DNA from: Styela clava
Taxonomy: Eukaryota
Direction: 5' to 3'
NCBI RefSeq assembly: GCF_964204865.1
Contig: NC_135260.1
Location: 19,778,001-19,842,000 of the forward strand
DNA length: 64,000 nucleotides
Positions 14,001-24,585 of this stretch are shown piece by piece (within the stretch, counting starts at the first letter, position 1; every line of letters begins with the position of its first letter). Both the position numbers and the translations under genes were made by a program. The notes beneath the pieces were generated by a model. The model saw only the letters and a list, made by a program, of their open reading frames with translations. It did no database searches and was not told the DNA's origin.

Positions 14001-17000
14001 ATCATGTGGAAAGTGCGAAAGCAATGACGAGGTACTTATTTGTTCATGTCAGCCTATTTCGTGCGCTTATATATTTATCATTCTCCTTTGTTTCCTTTCT
14101 CATAATGTACATACTGGTTAGGAAATTTCGATCCTATTTAAATTCTGTACATGAATATTCAAAAAATACTAAAAGAAAAATGAATCTTGTTGAATTCTCC
14201 TACGATACGTGTTTTCATACTTGGCTCTGTTGAAAATATATTTCATTTCTCTTACCCAGTTTTGTCGTTCTTTTAACTCTGACATGGGCTACGGCCCACG
14301 GGACATATCCGACCCGTTGAATAATTCAATCTGACCCGCCTGATGCTGATGCACAGCTAAACTAAACCAAATTTTGTATGTTTGAGCTAAAAATAGTTCA
14401 AGGAATTTGTTGAGATTGCGATTAATTTATAATTTTGGCACGAAATCTATTGTTTTCCACTACATTGTAAGCATTGTTCGTAAAATGTGACTTTTTACGT
14501 CCACATACATGGCCCGCCAGTCCCAGTTGGGCAAAATTTTGGCCCCCCTTCTCCAAAAACCTTGCCCATCACTAAAACTGAAAAAAAAACTTATATACTT
14601 TATTTTGTTCCTTCAAATTCTGACATTTTATTTCGTTCACTGAAAGGTTCTATCAGAGCTTCATAACGCAACACAGTTTGTGTTCCGAACGTATTTTGGT
14701 GAAATTTGTTGCAGCGGCAGACATTGTAATAATGTTGGTTGTTCTGAAGAAGATTCAATGCACATCAGAATAGAAAAAGGTAATGATGCATTTGGTGATC
14801 AGTTTTCTTTGTGCTGCAATTCGAAATTAGCTATCAAAAATATTGTTTTCATAAAATTTGAATGACAAATATATTGAGGAAAGTCCTTATCAACGCACCG
14901 ACAACGCGTTGTTATTTTTCGTTGAATATTTGGCGCTCCAAAATTGAATGCATGGAGGTAACTAATTTTGTTCGCCTATTTTACATCAAGTTGTGTAAAG
15001 GGACTGGAAACCCATGGGCAGGGGGTATATTCACTTGGCTAACCCAGACAGTCCCCGAACTCGTAATAGAACTAAAATAAGGAAACCGGGATAAAACTAT
15101 AGCCTAACCTGGTACACTACGGGAGTACCGAATATTTTATACGACGTATTTACTCCCCTTCGCGCGGAACAAGCATTCATCACTAGCTAGGAAGATACTA
15201 TATTCATTAAAGACAGAAATCTTTCGATTTTCCCTCATCTATCAATTTTATTTTACTCCGCGGGTTAGATGGTTTCCATGGAGTTTGAACCTGAGATGTT
15301 ACCTACCATGTACACCACCAGAGATAAGTCTAACGCTTTAACCATTAAGCCACCGTGCTCATGTAATATAAGAGAAGTCTGGGGTACATCATGTCCCGAA
15401 ATATATTAAAATTCATATAAAATTATTCCAAGTACACTACAATAAGCTCAAACCAGAATTAAAATACAAGCTCGATACTATCATTTGAAACTTGAGGTCT
15501 AAGATCTAGATTCATCCAGTCGATCAAATTGCATAAATCAATCGTTGATGTTTTGCAATATTCAGGGAAAATTGCATTGATGTTACGTGTGGGAATAACT
15601 ATCGTAAGATTATGTTGTAAAAAGTGTTTGTTTGTATTGCTGACTCAGCCCGCTGCTATAAATTAAGGCAAGGTCGTAATTTCGAATAGGTTGGAAATAT
15701 AAAAACCCGATGTCGCTTAAACGCTGAGAAAGAAGATCCGATTATTTAATTTCTTTTCAGATCGATCAGTTATACGTTGTGTTTTGGACCCTGCTTAGGG
15801 TGCCGTTACGTTCTTTTTACAATGACAAACTGACTGCAAAACATTGCTAATGCGTGTTTACTCATCCAGCGTGTATGAATTTTTATAGATCAAATTTGCT
15901 TAGCGGGAGATGGTTGTCGGGTAGGTCAACATAACGCTGGTCATGCGAAATAGCGATTTATGAGAATGTCCATATGTTGTGGAACTGTAGAATTAATTCC
16001 TCTATTTACGGGCGGAAATGAACAAAATGAACGATAAAAATTTCCGTACTTTTTTCTTTCTCAATCATAAGTAGAAAACACTGACTGAAACGAAAAACCT
16101 TTTGCACGCCGTGAAGCTTTTGTATAATTAAAAGAAAAACTTTTTCAGCTCCCCCGACAATCAAAAACGTTACCATCAATAAGATGAATGAAACGTATCT
16201 ATTGGCCACATGGAATCCTCCGTCAAGATCTGAATCTTGTGTAATTAGAGTTTGCATACGAATGAGGTAATCAGTTTTTGCTTGCTCTAAAAAGAAAAAC
16301 GTGTTGTTATGTTAAATACTGAGTCTGAATTGAACATTAGAATTCAATATTTTCAAACACTTGATATTACCTCTGAATTGATATTATCCAATAAACATAC
16401 GTGAAAACTAATTCCATTAATTTACGTATCCTCAACGTATAACATGACTTTATATAAGGAGAAGATTTATGTTGTACAAATTATAATTATAGTGTGTATA
16501 GTTCTTCCTCGATTTTAACGCAAAAACATCAAAATCGTCTATAAATTCGTTCATACAACGAACAATTTTCCCATCAAAGTTTGCAATATTAGCAAATGCT
16601 AAAAATTTAAGTTTATAAAAAAGTGTGTATACGGTTATATATTTATTATTTTTATCAAATTTTTATCTAGATCTTCTGATTTGAATCAGACCGAAATTTT
16701 AAATCCAATCAATAATTGCGGATGGAATGGTTTTGAGATGCTAAAAACTATAGACGTTGATTGTGCATTAGGTGCCTTTTCAATTATTGATGATTGGAGT
16801 CCGTGTTTTCTGTACAGCATCACATTGGAAAATCATCACGATGAGATTATATCTCAATCCTATCCCAGCAACATTATATCCAGTAAGATATTGTTATTGT
16901 GCGCTACATGAGGACTGTTTGAAGTATAGAATAAACCTTGCTACATTTCTGTATCGCGTTTTGGGGTACTCCTGTAGTATGCGAATCAAGATGGCGAACA

Positions 17001-20000
17001 CCGGAACGTAGTATGTCCACCAGGTTGGGGTTAGGCCATGATTTTATTCCAATTTTCCTTATTGTAGTTCTATTACGAGTTCGGGGACTAGCCAAGTGAC
17101 TCCCGTAGTATTTGTACCTGTAATTATGGCCTAACCCTAACCTGGTACACATACTACGTTCCGGTGTCCGCCATCTTGGTTCGCTTACTACAGAAGTACT
17201 CGTTTTGGTAGTTTAGCAAATACAGTTTTATTGTCAACGGAACTTCATTGTTTTGAATTTTCCCCGGGAATATCGACTTTGTGGCTCGGACTAGAAGAAA
17301 TGCAAAACCGTCGGTATTTATTGTTTCTTTTTGCAAAAATATTCTTGCATGTAGGTATTGTAGCAAGTCAGTGCTCTAATAGTGTAGTATCCACCTGCAG
17401 AATAGGATCAATGCTAAAAAATTCCAAATTAATACTCATTTTTATCTTTCATATCAGTACAATGGCCTTTTGTTTTATTATTGACTGAATGCGAGTGAAT
17501 TTACATTCGCATTTCTTCGGAGAGTTGTATATATAATATTCAAAATATATTTCCGATAAAATTTTGAATGTTTTATTCCAGATAATTGGATACTTGATAG
17601 GATTGATCATTTTCATTCTACCGATTTATCAACAATCTCTAACTTTCAATTCGGCGTAATGTGGTCGACTATACCTTCGAAGATTTGTGAACATATGCAA
17701 CCGTACCTGATATATCAGCCGACATCTGGTTCCGAGTGCGGCGATGTGACCAAATGTAACACGGAGTTTATAAAAAAGGTTTTTTGATTAATAACTTAAA
17801 TTTACGATATTGTGGATACACAATGCCGAAACTCAGCCGTTGTTTGGGTATTGAGTCAAGCTGACGCTTCAAACCGAAATTTGGCATTGCTTCGCATTGT
17901 AAGCCATAGCTTCTGATGTAAACCAATTGAATGAGGTTATAATTCGAGCGATGAACTCAGGTACTAACATTTTCAATTTGAACCTTATATGGAGTCACTA
18001 GGATAGCATTTCGAGTATGTTGCTAACATCATACTCGATATACTGCAAATATTTGCGAAACTACACTCCCGCAAAGATACATAGGTGAAAGATTTGTCCT
18101 AATCGGAATATCTTGTATTCTTTTTAAGTTTATCGGTATGAGTAACACCACACATCGGCATAAAAAAATGTAAAACCCAATCAAATTTTTGTTATATCAT
18201 TCAGAACGGAGACTCTCGAATCCAGTGCAACAATATTTATCAACAACTTATCAACAGTTGACAGTTACACAGCTGTTTATGCCCATGACTTGACATTATG
18301 AGGTAATCTCGACATTCTATTCTTGCTAAAATTTCCGTGTTTTTACCAGGTGTCTTGCTCAGAAACAGCAACTGTAATATCGAACCATATTCATGGCAAC
18401 ACTGAGTATATGGCAGAAATGTATATGGTATGCAACGACCAAGATTTGTCTGACATTAATTGCCCAAGTTCTTTCCGCGTACCAGTTCCGGGGGCAAGGA
18501 TTAAAGTCACAACTGCTGTTGGAAGTGAGAACTTTTTTCCTATTTTTAGTTTTGTAGAAAATTCGTTATTGCATCAGATTTGTTGGGATATAGATACGAT
18601 TTATAGTCTAAAAAGATATTTGAATTAGCCGTTCCTGTACATAAAAGTATCTACGTTTTTAATAAAAATTGAAATGAAACTACCTACTATTTCCTGAGCC
18701 TCTGTTCTTAGGATTTTTATATTCCAAAAGCAATATAGGCAAAAATCGTCTCCGTGAAAGTGATCTTTACTCGACATGATGCTTTCCAAAAGCACAAAAA
18801 ACGCTTACAAGATTTGCCTAATTAACTTACTAATGGAAAGAGAAGATAATGGGATGGAAATATAATATATATAAACATTTCACCAAGTTTTCGAAATGAA
18901 TCATTCGACCTATATCGACTCACAGGCAGGTCTTTAGAAATTGTTTTATTTATTTTATAGAACCAGAAGTTCCTAATGATGTGAGCATGTCCTCTTCAGC
19001 ATCAGCCGAAAGTGTACTCACCTGGAACAAACCACTTCACTCAAATGGTGACGTTTATTACGAAATAATACAAGAAGCAATGCCGCCCACACAGGCATAT
19101 AACTTCCATACGTTCACAACAAAACAGACGAATTTAAAAGTAGATATAGGATGTCCGTCGTCACAAAGGAATGCAACTACGCTGCAATTTACTCTGGCCG
19201 CATTCAACAAACTTGATAATGGGACGAAACTCAGGAGTGAGAATACAACACTTGAAGATATCGAATGTGTCGTATTGGCAGGTAGGCTATGTGGAATTAG
19301 TTTAAACTGCGTTATTCGTGAAAGTAAAAACTTGTATTTGCATACCCAATGCCCCCCTATCTTATTAATATGATGCTATACATAAGTTTATAATGAACAA
19401 ACGTGTATAAGCGTATGTAACTCAATTTTATTTAGCTTATTTTAGCTATGTTTTTTTAGATGTCCAGAGTTTACTCTCGCATATGCATTTCATACAGCGT
19501 GCATGTCTTTCTGTACGACATGAATGAAAGAAATAGTTTTATGACTGTTCACCATATATATATATATATATTATCTTCCACGTAAGGTTCGCCGATACGG
19601 CGTCGAAAATTTAAATAAGGCCCTTAAAAATTTCTACGTTGTCGAAAAAAATGTAATTTGACTAGTGATACAAAATTTTGAAAATGAGTTTATATTTCGC
19701 CCCACTGCTGATAATTTACAAATAACTGGCTAATCTAATCCCATGACCGACATGGGCTTATAACCGGATGAAAGGCCGTTGTACTTCATATAATTAAGCC
19801 GTCTTATCAACTTTCCTCTCCTCCGGGATAAATATGTAAATCCCAATCCTGTCCTATTTCTCGAACTCCAAGAAAATTGAGTTTAAATACACAGCGCTCC
19901 ATTATCGTGCAACAGACGATGTGGTCTGCGATCCGACAATCGTGTCACTCATAAATGCGTATACATTGGAGCTATCAGCGTATTGGCAGTGAATATTGTA

Positions 20001-23000
20001 CCGCCTGTTGAAACCGCCGGCAGTAAATTTTCTGCGTTGGCCTACATTTGAAAAAATAGTCAACAGTTATAGGTAAAGCACATCTTCGAAATATCGTCGC
20101 CAAAATCAAAATCCAGCTTTGTTTGCTCTGCTCGAAACATATAGTTCACCGTTCTCGAATGTAATATTTGAACAAAAAAAAAAGTACGTTTCGTAAAAGT
20201 CTGTCATTGTTTTGGGCTGTCAAGCGTCTCGCGTTGATTAAATATAATGGCGGCAGAACGAAAGGTGCGAGAATAACTTTCTAGTGTCTCAGTTGTGTTT
20301 TTAGAAATTTAAATAAATTAGGAACTAAGCTGCTTAAGAATAAATTTTCGAGTCGCGACCGATCAATAAGTAATTGCAGACATTTGTCTTATAATTTCGA
20401 TTGTTGGACCACAATTGATTTATTTTTATTTGCCATTTCTGCGTAATTAATGAAAGATTCGATGTCTGATATATATATAAACGAAATATAATAATACCTG
20501 CGTATGTATCTGTTATAGAACCGATGAAATTCACAACGAACATCACAACAGTCATCGTAGTCTGCATCGCGATTTTAATTTTTATTATGGCATCAATCTT
20601 TGTGTATTATCATCGGGGAAAGTTGACAAAAAAGATTCAAGAAAGCTTTTGGCCAACTATACCTGAACCACGCATCAACCCTAACGTTACTTTGACGAAC
20701 TCGCTGACCTCAGACTATCATCGGGAGGATAACCATAGATCTGAAGATCCAGAGGAAACGGTTTCCGCCATTGAAAATGGGAATGTTACCAACAACGACC
20801 AAAATCCGCATATGATAACTTTTACACGTGTCAATACTAGGTAAGGTTGATATACATATTTGAACATTTTTACAATATTTTCGAATCTGCGCATTTTTGT
20901 GAATGAGAATCCTACTGGCCTTACAAATATGGGTCCACCACAACGGATACTGAAATTAATTTTGACAAAATGCTTGTAATACAGAATGCCGAAAAACACT
21001 GACTCAACACTACTTATTCGAGAAGAGGGCATTGAACATCAGATGTTTCAAAAACGATTATCATCAACACGTGAGTAAATATTTTTATTTTTTGGGGGTT
21101 GAAATTTTTGAAAACATAATGAGTGTATATACAGTCGCTCTATAAGAATACTTTAGAGCAGTCTCCGGAAAAGTTTTTTAAAGTGAGGCCCAAATAGTAA
21201 AATGGAAAAGGGTTCAAGGTCCAACAACTTTGTTGTAAATTTTAAATTTAACCACGTAATAAACTTGTTAATGGACATTTTATTTGTTTAGCTGAAATGA
21301 ATGTAATTTATGATCGTTTCATATATAAACAAAAACTGTTTGGAATTTTTATATATGTAATGTTAGATTTATAGAACGTTTTTGTGTAACTGAATTTTAT
21401 TGGAGGCCCACTAGAAAATGCTCGGTCGCCCTCGATTGGACCGCGGCCCACAGTTTGCCGGCCGTTGCTTTGGAGCAGTGGTTCTCAACCATTTTCAGTT
21501 CGCGGATCGGTAACATTTCAAAACGAATTTTGCGGACCGGCGGGCGGACCTTCAACATTAACCAAAAATGTCAGGAACACAAAACATAATCAAAAGAATG
21601 CAATTACGACAAAAGTAGGCGGTGCAAAAGAAGACAATTCAATTCAATAAAAAATTTGCTGCTGTCTTTTTTGATCTTATACGTGTTAAACGCAGTTCTA
21701 ATGAAGTTTCTGGAAGGCGAAGTAGGGCGTTGACTTCCGCACGTTTTTCTTAGATTTGCGGGTTTCATTGCGTCGTTTGAATTTTGGCGCAGACTAGGCA
21801 CATGAAAAATGGAAACCTAGCTCCAAATACTTCTTATCATACTGCCTAATACAGTCTCCCTTTCGTTTTTTGCTTGTTTTTGCGTGGTCCATATCAACAT
21901 TGCTGCAAGGTCGTTTCTGGGCATGTTGTAAATTGAAGTAGCAGTCTCTGTCCTGTCAACACCACTTGGCTTTCACCGCTGGGTTTCTTTTGAAAGGACT
22001 GGATAATACTTTGCAGTTTATTTGCCTCCATTTTACTATCAAACCTCGCTAAATAATAGGCCTACCTTCAAATTACGGAACGTGTGAACTGCGAAGTCCT
22101 CAATCAGGTACCGTACCATGTGCTATCAAACTCCTCCGTTATGACGTTAGTCGCCGTTATGAGGTCATAGACTTATCGAATATTTAGTCGGCCAGGGCTT
22201 GAAATGGGCAGAGGACCCCTCACCGGGTTGAATTGTTAGACGAATACCGGTACTACAAATCAATAAGAGTTAAAAAAAAAAAATCACAAAGTTAATAGAC
22301 ATGTCGTCAATACTTTGTATTTTGCAATCTGCTAATGATATATTGATATTGGAATATTTGGCGGACCGGCAGCAAGGTTGCCACGGATCGGCGGTTGAGA
22401 ACCACTGCTTTACAGCAAACGCTAGCTCCACTATTATATATCGAACAGTCGATGAAAAAATTAATATTTTGAGTAATATTGAGCACGTTATATTAGGTTT
22501 CATTTTGAAAGAGATAGGAACAAATGGCATTTTTTAAGCGGTAGTTAACAGTGAGTATGCCTCTGCATATTGCCTTTCAATTCACATTCAAAGCATATTT
22601 ATTCAAGCTGGAGCACGGGTGTGTATAGACTGAACATCAATAGTATTTTACTGAGTTAAAAAAGATCCATAGCTCACACACTTCCGTCGAATCGTTTACC
22701 TAGTACATTTCTAATATATTTTACTATTTCATTATTAGATGGACATACGAATTCAATAGCCACTAATGGTGACCAGAATAACGTACCACAACCAATCCCC
22801 GCACATTCTCACATCGACATTCAATATGTTGCCGAAGCTGGGGAGGCGCTAAAATCGGACAGAGACCCGGAATATCGATCGTTAAGTTTGAGCTCATCTG
22901 AGTGTAGCACAAATAACAGATCGGAAAGTACTTCATCTGGATGTTTGAAGCGATATGTTAAAGTGTTGAATAGTTCGAATGAAAAAGTGACATTGCCACC

Positions 23001-24269
23001 ACATGGGCATGAATGCGTAACATACAATGTATCAAACGTGCAAGCAACTGAAACAAATAATGAACACAGTTTACGACAAGCCATCAGCGAAGATTATCTT
23101 GCTGATGTCGCTGGCTTTACCGGTAACACACATTCAAATGATACCTCACAATTACATAATATGATGAAAGCCGAGCGGAAATTCAATTGGTCAGATGAAG
23201 ACATAAGACTACCAAATATAGAAAATCATATGGTAAATATCATTTTACATTTGGTCGGGAAATTCGAAATCCATTTACATTTATTGATAATTTTGGCCAC
23301 GAAGTGGACCTATGGGTCGTTTTGATATTATGTTGTTGTTAGTATTCTTGTTCTTGTGAAAAACCGCCTTTTTCTGCTACTATTGGACCAATTGCTTGGA
23401 GATTTTCAGTAGTTAAAGATTGTTGTTGTCACCATAAAGAGATTCCTTTTTTCATTTGTAAAATTTCTGTGATCTCGATAGGATTCATTTTTTACTTTGA
23501 AGTTTTGTGTGATGACATCATCAGAATTGCGCACCGTGTGGCGATTTTGCGATCGCATTTTAGCGATCTGGCGGTCAAGTTTTTCGAGTGTAAGAGATTT
23601 CATACTACTGCGTTTTGGTCCCCGTGTCCATATATTTGAGCATTGCTCTCTCGTTTTTGTAAGTAGATTTTTCTGAGCAATTCGTCTGGTTGCTATTTTG
23701 ATTTTACATAAACAATATCTATACCATACAATAAAATCTTCCGGCGACTTGAATTCCTTTTCACGAATTAGTATTAACAATTATTCTGATTATTGCAGGA
23801 ATATTTGACAGAAGAACATCCTTATAAGCCACTGTGGCAAGATGATGTTATTCGGAGCATTGACATAGATATGGAAGATGGCGGCTTTAGACTGTCTGAC
23901 TTAAACGTTGCGTCAGATAAAACGGATAATTTTTTAAACACTATAGAATTGAATAAAGATCCTGATCTGGATTCATATTTACTCGAAAATTCTCGTCAAA
24001 AAGAATCTTCTTGTGATTCTCTTCTTATGAAAAGGTTATCATCTTCTAGCGGAATCCAAGAAGACCTAAATGATTCGGAAGACTTAAATTATGAAATGGA
24101 AAAATTTTTAGGAAACTGTTTTCCTACTGAAACATCTAAACACGATTTCGAAGAAAATATTTCCCAAAACACAAAGTTATTGGACGATAAAAGGTTTGTA
24201 ATAGATCCAGTGTGCGAAGAAGAATCTTATATCGATCTTGAAACAAATCCTTTAGTAATAGAATGTTAG
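1500..24269 (+). CDS. Class I cytokine receptor, gp130/IL6ST/LIFR/Domeless-like, ~1251 aa, 17 coding exons
   Basis: Exons 1500-1721, 9078-9300, 9899-10028, 10599-10768, 11835-11995, 12995-13157, 13874-14031, 14647-14779, 16149-16266, 16671-16882, 17582-17778, 18350-18524, 18961-19281, 20519-20840, 20985-21070, 22739-23232, 23799-24269. All phases are compatible and total 3756 nt with no internal stop. Motifs: signal peptide, Ig (TISLTC...W...DAGIYAC), YPPEEP..CI..MTCCWNPG, EASNNFG..VKP, WSSWS, FN3 repeats, TM, Box1 FWPTIPEP. The start could instead be the ATG at 1527. Confidence 0.9.
2605..8060. mobile_element. Large non-autonomous TIR element flanked by (TA)n, containing a satellite array
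   Basis: tctaatacggtagttaa (2605) is the near-exact inverse of ttaactaccgtaataga (8044-8060). A second inverted pair lies at 2681-2704 and 7873-7896. (TA)n on both sides. Confidence 0.7.
5270..6920 (+). repeat. 95-bp tandem satellite, about 17-18 conserved units, with degenerate units extending to about 4500 and 7530
   Basis: Unit gccacacttaggtggccggataggtggacatttgagatatactttgtgtaat...; unit starts at 6014, 6109, 6204, 6299 (period 95). Confidence 0.97.
8203..9031. mobile_element. MITE/non-autonomous DNA transposon with 36-bp perfect TIR
   Basis: atcgtcacgctaataaccgaattgcgtaagtcattt (8203-8238) and its exact reverse complement (8996-9031); (TA)n on the right. Confidence 0.88.
9078..9300 (+). 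CDS. Receptor exon 2: second half of Ig domain
   Basis: ttgcag acceptor; SALTIEKLSSTDAGIYAC...TRLIVG; gtgag donor. Confidence 0.9.
9899..10028 (+). CDS. Receptor exon 3: cytokine-binding homology region, N-terminal part
   Basis: YPPEEPQLAENHCIFKWDDDLMTCCWNPGKQTFIETNFQMKY matches the gp130-family PPxxP-C-(x)n-CxWxPG-T-F pattern; absent from the ORF track. Confidence 0.88.
10599..10768 (+). CDS. Receptor exon 4: cytokine-binding homology region
   Basis: ...VVNCLKTDNSDVCC...ISLEASNNFGKSASLSHSVIPSLH; canonical AG/GT boundaries. Confidence 0.85.
11422..11705. mobile_element. hAT (Charlie-like) MITE
   Basis: cagtggttctca...tgagaaccagt termini. Confidence 0.65.
11835..11995 (+). CDS. Receptor exon 5 (ends at a GC donor)
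   Basis: VKPKVPTNLSL...IIVKWKEP...YRVRYS...WK, followed by AAG|GCAAGT. Confidence 0.82.
12995..13157 (+). CDS. Receptor exon 6 with WSxWS motif
   Basis: YVLENLKSSTEYVIQVSAKP...GVWSSWSKSASIKT; WSSWS at 13112-13126. Confidence 0.92.
13545..13724 (-). mobile_element. GG-terminal MITE family, copy 1
   Basis: Perfect 8-bp TSD gttgtaaa; shares internal sequence with the other copies. Confidence 0.85.
14932..15129 (+). mobile_element. GG-terminal MITE family, copy 2
   Basis: ggcgctcc...ggagtacc termini; perfect TSD gaatattt. Confidence 0.88.
16965..17200. mobile_element. GG-terminal MITE family, copy 3 (palindromic variant)
   Basis: Long inverted arms; perfect TSD cgttttgg. Confidence 0.88.
19735..19856 (+). 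mobile_element. SINE 3' fragment (same family as 53514-53925)
   Basis: ...cttatcaactttcctctctccgggataaatatgtaaatccc matches the SINE tail. Confidence 0.7.
20519..20840 (+). CDS. Receptor exon 14: transmembrane helix and JAK-binding Box1
   Basis: VIVVCIAILIFIMASIFVYY, a basic stretch, then FWPTIPEP (20647-20670; compare gp130 IWPNVPDP). Confidence 0.92.
21159..21467. mobile_element. hAT-like MITE
   Basis: cag...ttg ends with ggccc subterminal motifs; flanked by ctttagag / ctttggag. Confidence 0.6.
21476..22407. mobile_element. hAT (Charlie-like) non-autonomous element
   Basis: Perfect TIR cagtggttctcaacc / ggttgagaaccactg; imperfect TSD ctttggag / ctttacag. Confidence 0.85.
23799..24269 (+). 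CDS. Receptor terminal exon (acidic cytoplasmic tail)
   Basis: ttgcag acceptor, phase 0, open to TAG at 24269; YKPL and YIDL motifs. Confidence 0.8.
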   Translation, partial: EYLTEEHPYKPLWQDDVIRSIDIDMEDGGFRLSDLNVASDKTDNFLNTIELNKDPDLDSYLLENSRQKESSCDSLLMKRLSSSSGIQEDLNDSEDLNYEMEKFLGNCFPTETSKHDFEENISQNTKLLDDKRFVIDPVCEEESYIDLETNPLVIEC

Positions 24270-24412
24270 CTTCACACACGCAAATGTATTATATGAAAGA
24301 TTGTCTCATATATCAATATAATATTATTATTCGTCACGTAGTGAACCTATGGATCGTTTTGTTATTAGGTTGTTGTGCTTGTTGTCATAGTCATTACCTA
24401 CTGAATTACCCG

Positions 24413-24585
24413 TTACCTACTGAGAATTTTAAAGCAATTGGTCCAGGATTCAAAGAGAAAAGCGACTTTTTCATAACGATAAAATTCTATGTCTTGTCAT
24501 AAACAACAAGACATTTTGTCGTTATGAATAAGTCGCTTTTTCCTTTGATTGCTGGACCAATTGCTTTGAAATTCCCAGTAGGTAA
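24413..24585 (+). repeat. 173-nt imperfect inverted repeat (foldback) in the presumptive receptor 3' UTR
   Basis: ttacctactgagaattttaaagcaattggtccag...ctggaccaattgctttgaaattcccagtaggtaa; arms about 70-80 nt. Confidence 0.9.

Noticed and set aside
15566-15603. 38-nt AG/GT-bounded candidate receptor exon
   Set aside because: It breaks the frame; 14779 joins 16149 directly in phase 1 and gives a clean FN3 start
17125-17145. Interstitial telomere (cctaaccctaa)
   Set aside because: Only about two units, always within MITE copies
19282-19373. Soluble receptor isoform by read-through after the last ectodomain exon
   Set aside because: A short read-through is expected by chance and there is no transcript evidence in the sequence
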